A stretch of DNA of 64,000 bases. It comes from the human T2T-CHM13v2.0 reference genome, Homo sapiens. The notes under the pieces were generated by a model that was given only the letters and a program-made list of their open reading frames with translations, searched no databases and was not told the origin of the DNA. Positions 34,328 to 47,554 of this stretch are shown one piece after another. Position 1 is the stretch's first letter. Each line of letters begins with the position of its first letter. Made by a program: the position numbers and the translations under genes. Location of the stretch: NCBI RefSeq assembly GCF_009914755.1, contig NC_060929.1. The stretch is one strand, 5' to 3'.

Positions 34328-35253
34328 TATCGCATTATAGAATTGAGCTTTTAGAAGAGCAGCCTGTGGTGTAGATATTTCTAAGTATCTATGTTTATGG
34401 TACATAATACTGCTGCTGTTTTGGGTTATGGTATCTTTCTATACACTTAGAAATTGAAAGAAGCCCCATATAGGAATTTATTTTTAATGGTAACATTCAT
34501 CACTGGCCTTCACCTTAAACATTCTCAGTTATTTTTCTGGAAATGACAATTTTAACCATGTTAATATTCAAAATAAAAATGATGGATGGTAAAAATTCTA
34601 ACAATGTAATATAAAGATCAAAATAAGAAATTTAAAATATTTAATGTGACATTTTCTTAACTCCAACTTAAAAGAAAACCCCATTCACAGAAAAAAAAAA
34701 AGTTGCTTAGTTGCAGTATCCTTCAAAAGTGCTATTATCATTTAAATAAAACTCCTAGAAATGTGTCCTTTAAATTTACCTTTGCTCTTCCAGTATTGAT
34801 TATAAAACATAAGGTTGTGCAACCAATAACTTCTGGAGTTAAGGAGATTTATTTTTTATAACTTTTGATAACTTTTCCTTCATGTAAAACCTCTGAGGCA
34901 TTTAGGAATAAAACATGAAATTTCACTAAGTCCCTTTCATATAAGCATTATATGCTTCGTACTACTTTATTAGACAATAATACTGGATTTTGGTAGCTTT
35001 GGTTTCTCTCATTCTTGTCAGACTAATAGTTATCAATATTACAGTGTGATTAACCTAAGACAAAACTGAACTAAATTGTTTGTGATGTGTTAGTAAGAGT
35101 TATGCCAAAACTTGAACTGAGCAAACTAAAAAAGATTTATCTATTTGGTGGTAGGAAAGAAAATCAAAGATTTCCTTCTTTGGCATTACAACTCAAAACT
35201 ATGTTTTACATAAAGCAACATCTGAAAGCACAAAGGCAAATAATGTTGTTATG

Positions 35254-37641
35254 TGATATGGTTAGGATTTGTGTCCCTGCCCAAATCTCATGTAGAATTG
35301 TTACCCCTAACGTTTGAGGAGGGGCCTGGTGGGAGGTGATTGTATCATGGGGGCAGATTTTCACCTTGCTGTTCTCATGATAGTGAGTGAGTTCTCATGA
35401 TAGTGAGTGAGTTCTCATGAGAGCTGTTTGTTTAAAACTGTGTAGCACCTCCCCCTTCACCTCTTCCTTCTGCTCCAGCCACATAGGATGTGCCTGCTTC
35501 CCCTTTGCCTTCTACCACGATTGTAAGTTTCCTGAGTCCTCCCCAACCATGCTTGCAGTAAAGCCTGCATAACCATAATCCAATTAAACCTATTTTCTTT
35601 ATAAATTACCCAGTCTCAGGTAGTTTTTTATAGCAGTTTGAAAATGGACTAATATAGAAAATTGGTATAGAGGAGTGGAGCATGCTATATAAAGATACCT
35701 GAAAATGTGGAAGCAACTTTGGTATTAGATGATGGGCAGAGGTTGGAATAGTTTGGAGGGATCAGAAGAAGACAGGAATATAAGGGAAAGTTTGGAACTT
35801 TGGAACGTCCTAGAGATTTGTTAAACTGTTGTAACCAATATGCTGATAGTAATATGAGTAATGAAGTCCAGGCTTGAGGCAGCCTCAGTTGGAAATGAGG
35901 AACTTACTGGGAATGAGAGAAAAGGTAACTTTTGTTATGCCTTAGCAAAGAAGTTGAAGGCATTGTGGCCCTGCCCTAGGGATCTTTGGAACTTTGATTT
36001 TGAAAGAGATGATTTAGAGTATCTGGCAGAAGAAATTGTTAAGCAGCAAAGAGTTCAAGATATGTCCTGGCTGCTTCTTACAGTGTATGCTCATATGCCT
36101 GAGCAAAGAGATGATCTGAAACTATAATATATATTTAAAAGGGAAACAGAGGATAAAAGTTTGGAAAATTTGCAGCCTGACCATATGTTAGAAAATAAAA
36201 ACCTACTTTCTGGAGAGGAATTCTAGCTGGTTGCAGAAATTTGCAAAAGTAAAGAGGAGCCCCATATGTTAATAGCCAAGACAATGGGGAAATGCCTTGA
36301 AGGCATTTCAGAGACGTTCAGCGTAGCCCCTCCCATCACAAGCCTGGAGGCCTAGGAGGGAAGAATGGTTTCAAGGGCCGGGCCCAGGGTCCTGCTGCCC
36401 TGTGCAACCTAGGGACACTACTCCCTGCATGTCAGCCACTCCAGCTTCAGCCTTGGCTAAAAGAGCCCCAGATATATTTCAGACTGCTGCTCCAGAGTGT
36501 GAAAGCCCTAAGCCTTGGCAACTTCCATTTGATATTAAGCCTGTGTGTGCACAGAGGGCAAGAGTTGAACCTTGAAAGCCTCCACCTAGATTTCAGAGGA
36601 TGTATGGGAATGCCTAGATGTCCAGGCAGAAGTCTGCTGAAGGAGTGGAGCCCCATGGAGAACCTCAACTGGGACAGTGCAGAGGGGATATGTGGGGTGT
36701 GAGTCCCCACACAGAGCCCCCACTGGGGCATCATCTATTGGAGCTGTGAGAAGAGAGCCACCATCCTCCTGATCCCGGAATGGTAGATCCATTGAAAGCT
36801 TGCATTGTGCACCTGGAAAAGCCACATACACTGAATGCAAGCCCATGAAAATAGCTGAAGGGGCTGTACCCTGAAGAGCCACAGGGATAGAGATACCCAA
36901 AGCCTTGAGAGCCCACTGTTTACATCACTGAGGCCTGAATGTAAGACATGGATTCAAAGGAGATTACTTTGGAGCTTCAAGGTTTAATGACTGCCCTGCT
37001 GGGTTTCAGACTTGCATGGGGCCTGTAGCCTCTTTGTTTTGGCAGATTTCTCCCTTTGGAAATGGGTGTATTTACCCAATGCCTGTATCCCCATTGTGTC
37101 TTGGAAGTAACTAACTTGTTTTTGATGTTACAGGCTCCTAGGCAGAAGGGACTTGCCATGTCTCAGATAAGACTTTGGACTGTGGGATTTTGAGTAAATG
37201 CTGAAATGAGTTAAAATTTGGGGGACTGTTTAGAAGGGAAGATTGTATTTTGCAATGTGAGAAACACATGAGATCTGGGAGGGGCCAGGGCAGAACAATA
37301 TGGTTTGAATTTGTGTCCCCATACAAATCTCATGTCAAATTGTAAACCCCAATGTTTAACATTAGATCATGGGTGAATCCCCTGTCACTTTCTTGTGGCA
37401 GTGAGTGAGTTCTCATGAGATACTGTTGTTTAAATGTGTGCTTATTCCTCCTGCCCCAGCCATGTGGGATGCACCTGCTTCCCCTTCATCTTCCACAATG
37501 ATTTTAAGTTTTCTGAGTCCTCCCCAGCCATGCTTTCTGTACTGCCTGGAACTGGGTGCCAATTAACTGACCCCTCATTTTTTTAATAAATTACTCAGTC
37601 TCAATTAGCTCTTTACAGCAATGTGAGAACAGACTAATACA
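35254..37641 (+). mobile_element. Full-length MaLR (THE1D/MSTA-like): LTR 35254-35656, internal, LTR 37296-37641
   Basis: Two homologous LTRs (atatggtt..atttgtgtccc..caaatctcatgt ... gactaata(t/c)a) flank about 1.6 kb of THE1/MST internal sequence, with a polypurine tract ggaggggccaggg before the 3' LTR. Confidence 0.92.
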
Positions 37642-38499
37642 GTGTACTTTTTAAATATAAGGATTGTTTTATAAATGTCATTTTATTTATGTGTATCAAG
37701 GACTACTTAAAATAATAGACTAAACATTTTAACCAATGAATAATTTCAGATTATTTCTTGCTGTTCTTTCTCTTGAATGAAGATAATTAACTCTACTCTA
37801 CTCTGATAGGGTCTATTATTTATCAAGATATGTAACACACAGGACATTGTTCATTGTCTTTATTTCTTTAGATATCACTTTTCCTGAAAAATAAGTTAGG
37901 CATGTGGAATTTTTAGCATAAAAACAATATTAAAATATACTACCAAGAAAATCATACTATCTTACCTGTAGTAAGAAAAATCTTTTACATATAAAACATT
38001 TGATCTGGTAAAATTTAGGTGATGATTTGCATGTAAATGTCCTATTTATCATATGGATGATGGAGAATATGTAAAATATCCTGGGGGCACAGTATAGGAT
38101 ACTATAAAGCAGTTTGAAGCAATATATCAGATATATACAGAACGATATGAATAAATATATGTATATATGTATGTGTGTGTGTATATTTATATGTGGTACT
38201 GAGGAAAAAGCAAATAATGGAATAAGATATATAAAATAGTTTACATGAAAATTAATTTGTAAACATACAAAAGAGTATTAAATTTATTGTTAAAATATAT
38301 AAAATAAATGAACATACATCAAACCTCTAGGAATAGTGGTCTTTAGGTTGTAGGGAATTGGGAGTAAAAATAAACAAACTAAAATAAAAAGACAATAAAC
38401 AATAAATAAAGGAATATAAATAAATGACTAAAACAACAGAAGTGTCTTGCATAGACCAGTGCAGATTAAACACAATTTGTCCCCTTAAAGTCCATCCAT

Positions 38500-38885
38500 G
38501 GCTCTTAGTCAAATATTGGTGCAATAATAATATGTGACTAACAATTTATAAAATCTCAATGGCTTACAAAAGTAAACAATCATTTGGCCTGTGGTTTTGC
38601 AGGTGAGGTAGAGCAGCTTAATTTCAAGCTATTGTTAAACTTCAGGTGTCTTCCCATTCTCTGTGGTCCAAAAATGACCCAAGGTGTGGTTTTTTAATAG
38701 CAAATAATAGAAGCACAAGTGTGCAGACAAAATCTCCAAGCAAATTTAAAGGCTTTGTTCTCATTTATTCACTACTATTTGATTTGTCAAATCATGTCAC
38801 ATGGCCTAGCTCAATGTGTCAACCTGAGTCTGTCAGTGATGTATATTTTACATCTACTGGGGCTGTATTATGTTACATGGTAAAG
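38500..38885 (-). mobile_element. Old MLT1-type LTR fragment
   Basis: aaatctcaatggcttacaa...caaatcatgtcacatggcctagctcaa motifs typical of old MLT1. Confidence 0.5.
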
Positions 38886-39984
38886 ATTATATGTACGATA
38901 TATATAGCACACACATACACACACACATATGTGTGTCACTGTTTCCCAGAAACAGTGTATATGTGTATTACTGTTTCTCAGAGTTGACAAGTGGAAAACT
39001 GAGAACAATAATTTTATTTTTCACAGGATGCATATACCCTAATACCACAATTGAAAACAAACATATTTATAAAGTTATAAAAAAGGAAGAAATAATAATA
39101 TTCAAAGATTTTCAAAAATAAACACAACAAAATATACTTTTAAATGGGGCTTCTTCTGTTTGAAGCCCTTTTCTGATGTTTGTTTACTTTTATGGTAAAG
39201 GCAATTGCTTCTTTCATTTGATTATTTTTCTTTCTCTTTAAGCAAGCACTGTAGTTTCTCTCTTCTAAATTATTTTTTCAGGTTGCACACATCACCAAAA
39301 GGGCTTTCCAAATTATGGACCTCTTTCCTGTGTCATAATCTGAGACTTCCCATCCTTCATTTATAAGGAATAACAACAAAATCTATAAAAAGGACACAAG
39401 AGCTCACATAATGTGTTAATTAGTGTGTATTAGTGTGTGTGTGTTTAAAAAAGCAAATAAGCAACATATAGTAATAACTGGTTATTCACTCACTTAAAGC
39501 AACATATTTGATAACATTTTCCACTATTATACACTTTTTAGAGATCTCCAAGTACTTATGATCTGTCCAGTAATATTGTGATTCTTTAAGGCATTAGAGA
39601 ATGTACTACAATTGATAGTTTTACCTAATTTCATGTGAAATATTTTATTTCTAGCTTCTTGGGGTTTCTTCTGTGAACATTCCTACCCTTTTATGGAAAG
39701 GCTACTTTCCTAATTTTGCCATGTTTTCCATTATTTCCTTAAAAATACTTTTAGTATTTTTCATTTGAATTATGCTCTTGGTTTTTCTTATAAGTCCTTT
39801 AAGGTGGCTTTTTAAAGTTCATAAGTTCTGCACAATATTATTTGACTCCTTATGAATTATATCTTATACAGCAAACCTCCACACACAGACACACATGTAT
39901 TCATGTACATTCACAGACAGATGGATATTTTAAAACAGTAAGATATTTCATTACATAGTCACAACTTGATCTCTGCTTGTCTAC

Positions 39985-41685
39985 TTTCTTTATTCAATCC
40001 ACTGTTGAAGGGCACTTAAGTTGATTCTATGACTTTACTGTTATAAATAGTGCTGCCATAAATGTACAAGTGCACGTTTCTTTTTGATAAGATGATTTTT
40101 TTTCCTTTCATAGATACACAGGATTCAAATTGCTATGTTGAATGATAATTCTATTTTTAGTTCTTTGAGAAATGTCCACACAGTTCTCCAAAGAGATTGT
40201 ACTAATTTATGTTATGACCAACAGTGTATGACTGTTCCCTTTTCTTTGTATCCTCACCAACACTTGTAATTTTTTGACACTTAAATAATAGCTAATATGA
40301 CTGGCATAAGATGGTATCTCACTGTGGCTTCAATCTACATTTCTCTGATGATTAGTTGTGTTGATCATTTTTTGTGTGTTTGTTGGCCACTTGTATGTCT
40401 TCCTTTGAGAATCTCTGTTCATGTCCTTTGCTCAATTTTTAATGAGGTTATTTGTTGTTTTTGTTGAATTGTTTGAGTTCCTTATAGATTCTGGCTATTC
40501 GATCTTGGTCAGATTCATAATGTGCAAATTCTCTCATTCTGTAAATTGCTTATTTACTTTATTTATTTATTTATTTTGTTTTGCAGAAACTCTTTAGTTT
40601 AAGTCCCATTTGTCCATTTTTGTTTTTTGTTAAACATTTGCTTTTGAGGTCCTAGTCATAAATTATTTGCCTTGGCCAATATCCAGAGCAACTGTTCCTA
40701 GATTTTCTTCTATTACAGTTTTAGGTCTTACATATAAGTCTTTAATATGTCTTGAGTGAATTTTTATCTATGGTGAGACATAGGGTCCACTTTCTTCTCC
40801 TGCATACAGCTAGCCAATTATCCCAGCGTTGTTTATTGAATAGGGTGTCCTTTTCTCATTGTTTATTTGTGTAAACTTTGTCAAATATCAGTTGGTTGTA
40901 GGTATGTGGCTTTATTTCTAGGCTCTCTATTCTGTTCTATTGACTTTTGTGTCTATTTTTGTACTGGTATCATTCTGTTTTGGTTACTATAACCTTGTGG
41001 TATAGTTTGAACTCAGGTAACAGTGATGCCTCCAGCTTTGTTCTATTTTGCTTAGGATTCTTTTGGCTATTTGAGTTCTTTTTTGGTTCCATATGAACTT
41101 TAGAAAATTTTTTTTTCTAATTCTTTGAAAAATGATGGTGGCAATTTGACAGGAATTCTGTTGAATCTCTAGATTACTTTAGGCAGTATGGTTGCTTTAA
41201 TGAGATTTATTTTCCAGTCTGTGAGCATGGGATATCTTTCTATTTGTTTGTGTCATCTGTGATTTCTTTCATCAGTGTTTTATGGTTCTTCTTGTAGAGG
41301 TCTTTTACCTCCTTGGTTATATGTATGCCTAGATTTTTTTGTTTGTTTTTGTGTTTGACTATTTTAAATGGGATTGAATTTTTTACTTGTTGCCAGCTTG
41401 AGTGGCAAACAGATAAAAATGCAACTTATTATTGTATGTTAGTTTTGTATTCTGAAACTTCGCTGAGGATTTTTATTAAGTCTTAGAGTCTTTGGAAGAA
41501 TCTTTAGGGTTTTCTAGGTATGAGATGTCATCAGTAAACAGAAATAATGTGACTACATCTTTTCCAATTTGGATGTCTTTTGTTTTCTTTTCTTGCCTGA
41601 TTGCTCTGGCTAGGACTTCCAGTGCAATGTTAAATAGGAAAGGAGAAAGTGGGCACCTTTGTCTTGTCCCAGTTCTTAGAGGAAC
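39985..41685 (-). mobile_element. Old L1 (L1PA15-16/L1PB/L1MA-like) ORF2 3' fragment
   Basis: Continuous reverse L1 homology: agatggtatctcactgtgg, gtgatgcctccagctttgttc, ctgattgctctggctaggacttccag. Confidence 0.9.
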
Positions 41686-42684
41686 TGGGACAATTTAATT
41701 TAATTTTATAAAAATTAAACAGAACATTTAAATTAGTTGAAAAATAAATAGTAAGTATGTGATTATAAGGAAGTTTTGTGAATTTCACTGCAAATAAATT
41801 AATAATTAAGCACATTTTAAATGTGGGTGCTTGTTGAATATCTGCTTTTGTTGTATGTTGTGATCAAACATGATTTGTTTGCTTAGAAGCTTTTTATTAA
41901 GTCGTTAGGATGACATAGCTAAGGAAACAAACAGAGCTTCTATTTTCAGGCAGCTTCCTCTCTGGCTCAGAGCAGGTGCTTTCATTGCTTTTATACTTCT
42001 CCTATGGGTGAGTTCTTCCAGCTCCTGGGGAGGTGGTAATGTGCATCAGTTTCATCAATACCAGCTTCAATCCAAGGAATGTCATTCTGAAAATAGCAGG
42101 AAACACAAAAACCATCTGCATTTAAGTACTTGACATTTTGGTGAAATACAACAGCTATACCAAAAACTACAACTGTTTGACTTGAATTCATTTGATTATT
42201 TTTTTTTCTATTTTTATGGGGCAAAGTTTCAAAGAAAGCACAGTTACTGTTTAATGAAAACAGCAGGCAATGCATTGCACAGAGAACTGCTCTTCTATTC
42301 CCATTTGAGACACCTGAATTTTAAAAACTCAATTCCTCCTTCAAAATCATCATACTTTTTATTCATATTATAAACATTCAGGTTACCAACTGTTTGAAGA
42401 ATTGAATGAGATTTTCAATTTGAAATTGACATAAGAATCTTTTTTGTTCCAACTGGGAAAAGGAATTCAGCTTGGTGCTTATGAATTTTTATATACAATG
42501 TAATAGCTTTTTTAAAGAAGACAAAAAATTCATAATACTACTTTTCCCTCCTTTTTTTCTTTTTTCTTCCCTCCTTTCCATGATCATACTCTTTTCCTTG
42601 TTTTCTCTCTTTTTTCCTGCCCCTCCAACTGGCTTCTCTCCAATAGTATTCGGTCATTTCATTACATCATAACTAGTTGATTCT

Positions 42685-42830
42685 ATCATTCATTCTCTGT
42701 ATATTCATTCACTGCATATTTGCATTGAGGGCCTAATATGTACCTCTCTCCATTATATGTGCTGTGGATAATATCCGAAAGTCTTTGTACTCATGCAGCT
42801 TACCTTCAAGTAAGAGAAAATTACATTAAG
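42685..42830 (-). mobile_element. L2 3' end fragment
   Basis: tcattcattc..attcattcac..atttgcattgagggcctaatatgt. Confidence 0.55.
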
Positions 42831-43252
42831 TTAAATCAGAAATTTAAGCTGTTTTCTTTACATGAATTACAATTTTTTCCTTAATAATTTATATTTTTAT
42901 AAAACATTTGCATGCATATATCATATATTTTCCTCACCATCACTACCTATTTCTAATTTTGAATTAAAAAAAATTCAGCATTATAAATGCAACACAAATT
43001 TATACATATTTCCTACCACAATGAAATAGAAGGTATATTGCATGGAATTTAGGAAATATATCTGAATTCAGCAGGTCTAAAGCTTCTAAATCAACATAGA
43101 AATCTGAAAGTCATTGGTCTTCTGACCAAACACCAGACCAATGGGCTAGATCCTGAGAAAATGTGGTTCCTTAATGATTTGCTTTATATAAAATTTATTG
43201 TCAATCCTCTTATTTTCCTTCTCTCTCTTCCTTTGAAAAGATGTGCATTTGT

Positions 43253-45272
43253 GTATTACTTCGTTCTCCTGCTGCTATGAAGAAATACCCAAGGCAGGGT
43301 AATTTATAAAGAAGAGACGTTAAATTGACTCACAGTTCCACATAGCTGGAAAAGCCTCAGGAAACTTAACAATCATGGCAGAAGACTTCACTTCACAGGG
43401 TGGCAGGAGAGAGAATGAGTGCAGAGCAAAGGGGAAAGCACCTTATAAAACCATCAGATCTCCTGAGAACTCATTATCACAGGAACAACATTGGGGAAAC
43501 CACCCTCATGATACAGTTATCTCCACCTGCTCCTGCCCTTGACATGTGAGGATTATTACAATTCAAGGTGAGATTTGGGTGGGGACACAGAGCAAAACCA
43601 TATTATCCTGCACCTAGCTCCTCCCAAACCTCATGTCCTCACATTTCAAAAGACAATCATGCCCTTACAAAAGTCCCCCAAAGTCTCAATTCATTCTAGT
43701 ATTAACCCAAAAGTCCAAGTCCAAAGTCTTATCTAAGACAAGGCAAGTCCCTTTCACCTATGAGCCTGTAAAATCAAAAGCAAGTTACTTACTTCCTAGA
43801 TACAATGGCATATCTAGTCTCTGCAGCTTTTTCACTTGCACAGTGCAAGCTGTCAGTGGATCTACCATTCTGGGGCCTAGAGGACAGTGGCCCTCTTCTC
43901 ACAGCTCCATTAGGCAGTGTCCCAATGGGGACACTGTGTAGGGGCTTCAACCCCACATTTCCCTTCTGCACTGCCCTAGAAGAAGTGTTCCATGAGCTCT
44001 CTGCCCACCAGCAAACTTTTGCCTGGACATCCAGGTGTTTCCAAACATCCTCTGTAATGTAGGCAGAGGTTCCCCAACTTCAATTCTTGACTTCTGTGCA
44101 CCTGCAGGCCCAACACCATATGGAAGCCACCACGGCTTACGGCTTGCACCCCCTGAAGCAATGGCCTGAGCTGTACCTTGGCCCCTTTTAATCACAGCTC
44201 GATCTGAAGCAGCTCGGACACAGGGCACCATGTCCCAAGGCTGCAGGCTGGCCCTAGGTCCAGCCCACGAAACCATGTTTTCCTCCTAGGACTCCAAGCC
44301 TGCGACGGGAGGCCTGCCATGAAGGTCTCTGACATGCCCCAAAGACATTTTCTCCATTGTCTTGGTGATTAACAGTTGGCTCCTCATTACTTATGCAAAT
44401 TTCTGCCAAGGGCTTGAATTTCTTCCAAGAAAATGGGTTTTCCTTTTCTATTGCATCATCAATGTGTACATTTTCCAAACTTGTATGCTCTGCTTCCTCT
44501 TGAATGCTTTGTTACTTAGAAATTTCTTCCACTAGATATCGTAAATCATCTCTCTCAAGTTCAAAGTTTCACAGATCTTTAGGGCAGTGGCAGAATACTT
44601 CCAGTCTTTTTGCTAAAGCATATCAAGAGTCATCTTTATTCAACTTCCCAACAAGTTTCTCATTTCCATCTGAGACCACTTCAGCCAGGACTTCATTGTC
44701 CATATCACTATCAGCATTTTGGTCAAAGCCATTCAACAAGTCTTTAGGAAGTTTCAAACTTTCCCTCATCTTCCTGTATTTTGGGCCCTCCGTGTCTCTA
44801 GGAAATTACAAACTTTCCACATGTTTCTGTCTTCTGAGCTCTCCAAACTGTTCCAACCTCTGCTTGTTACCCAGTTCCAAGGTCGCTTTCACATTTTTGG
44901 ATATCTTTACAGCAGCACCCCACTACTCCCAGTACCAATTTACTGTATTAGATCATTCTCATGCTGCTATAAAGCAATACTCAAGACTAGGTAATTTATA
45001 AAGAAAAGAGGTTTGATTGCTCACAGTTTGCATGGCTAGGGAGTCCTCAGGAAACTTACAATCATAGAGGAAGATACCTCTTCACAGGGCAGCAGGAGAG
45101 AGAAGTGCAGAGCAAAGTGGGGAAAAGCCCCTTATAAAACCATCAGATCTCAGGAGAACTCATTATCATGAGAACAACATGGGGGAAATTGCCCCCATGA
45201 TTCAATTATCTCCACCTGGTTCCACCCTTGATATCTGGGGATTATTACAATTCAAGGTAAGTGTTGGGTGTC
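43253..45272 (-). mobile_element. Near full-length THE1 (C-like): LTR about 43253-43605, internally deleted int, LTR about 44944-45272
   Basis: Two homologous LTRs (tgtatta..ttctc.tgctgctat.aag.aatac) flanking THE1-int; the internal part is shorter than that at 35657-37295, with a jump near 43810. Confidence 0.92.
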
Positions 45273-46761
45273 TGGAGCATAAATATATTTTTCTCCTCCA
45301 CAGAAAGCCCGAGACAACATTTAATGTCATTTAATTTAAATGTAAAACAAAATTGTTGGTATAAATTGCATGCTTCCTATCAACATATATATGTATATAT
45401 ACTGTATATATACTGTATATACTGTATTAATACCGCTCTGCAATAACTTAGTCCCTTTTCATGTATACAATTACACGTTTATTTAATAAATATAAAAACA
45501 ATGGAATAAAAATATATTTATACATTTCGAGTCATCAGAAAAAAGAAACATAGCAAGAATAATTCTAATAGTGGAGTACAAAAGAAGAAATATAAATTTA
45601 ACAGAAAGAAAGCAGAACACCTAAAAGCAGAAATTTAATTAAAATAATAGACCTCATAACCGAGACAAAAGCACTTTGGTTAAAATATTTTTATGAAGGC
45701 CTTTGACAATCTTTATGAAGGTGTTTGGGGATTTTTTTTTTCCTTCTCTTTAATTTTAGTAGACTGGGGTTTCTGTAAATTATTCTGTCAAATTATCCTC
45801 TTTAAAAAAAAGAATAGTCTAACACATTAGATCTTCTAATAAATGGAAAAATACTCATTCAGTATGAAAAGTTTCCCACTTTATTTTACATGATTTTTCT
45901 GTCTATGTTTAAGATAGTACTGGGGGCTCACAGAAAAGTTTGAAATTTTACAATTCAAAATCTTGTGTTTAAACAATAACACAAGTAATGACAAATTATC
46001 TTCTGAGGTTCATTTATATTAAGTAGATGTTAAAATAAACCTGAGTAAAAATCTTAATCTCATAATTTTTTAAAATTATACGTGTACAAACACATACATA
46101 ATACAGTTCCAACTTTTGAACATTAGTAAAATAAATTGATGTCATACATGAAAAATTTGATTTAAACCCTACGTATAAATACTTATAATTATATAGGAGG
46201 AAATATTAGAAATATAAAAAGGAATATTTATTCTTTGTCAGACCACAAGGAATCAATTAAATCTGGTTCATGAGTAATTAACATCTTCTCAGAAAATAAT
46301 AATTATATTTTAAATATATATTTTCTATAAAAGTGATGATATTTTAGTGAATGTATTTGAGGGTAGGACAGCAGATAATGACAGATACACTAAAATGAAG
46401 TAATTTCAGTTATTTTTCTTGTATATTATACATTTAAAATCCTATAGCACAGACTTTAGGTTTAATACAGGAAAATACAATTATATTTAAATATAAAGAA
46501 ATTTAGCATTATGAGATAGCTATGAAACCACTATGATTTAATGCTAGTTCACAATTTGTGCTTTCCCACTGTTTAACAAAGGTTAAGATAGCAATTTAGT
46601 GTGGAACTGCAAGTGCAAAAATACCTAGGATATTCATATATATGCTGTTTTAAAAGTTTGCTAATCTCATATGGTACTTTTTGAGCCTTAATAATATGAA
46701 TATTCACATCTTTCTTACCGTAGGTTTATTTTTCTTTACTTTTTTTTTCTCATTTAATTGA

Positions 46762-47074
<313 letters not shown>

Positions 47075-47554
47075 TCATTTTTAATATATTAGCATCCTAC
47101 ATATGTTTCCTATATCCCTTTACAATCATAATTTTTTTAAAAAAAAATTGCTCTATGCTGTCACATAATTTCAACAGCTAAATTTCAACATTCTTAATGT
47201 TATTATTAAGGGTGATTAGCATTTTTTCTTTCCTTGAAATTTTTAGGGTGAAAATTAGTTACATAATTGCTTGTTGTTTTTATCTGTTCTACCTATACAT
47301 CATATTTTTATATCTGCCTAAGAAGTCTTATTATTTGATTTTTAATGACCTCAAAAGGAGTTCACTGCTTGGATTTTTCTTCAGAGTTTTATTATATTAG
47401 TTATAATTTTTCTTGACTTGCCTATATCAGAAAGTGTAGGATACTTCATCAGTCATACTATTGGAGTTTTTCATACATATCTTGCAGAATTGGCAAACTA
47501 TGACTCTTTAGCATGATATTCTTTTTAAAAGAGTGTAGTGAAAATTATAGCCTA

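Noticed and set aside
35861-37326. Cluster of short ORFs (also 43633-45001 and 47937-48786)
   Set aside because: Fragments within THE1/MST internal sequences.
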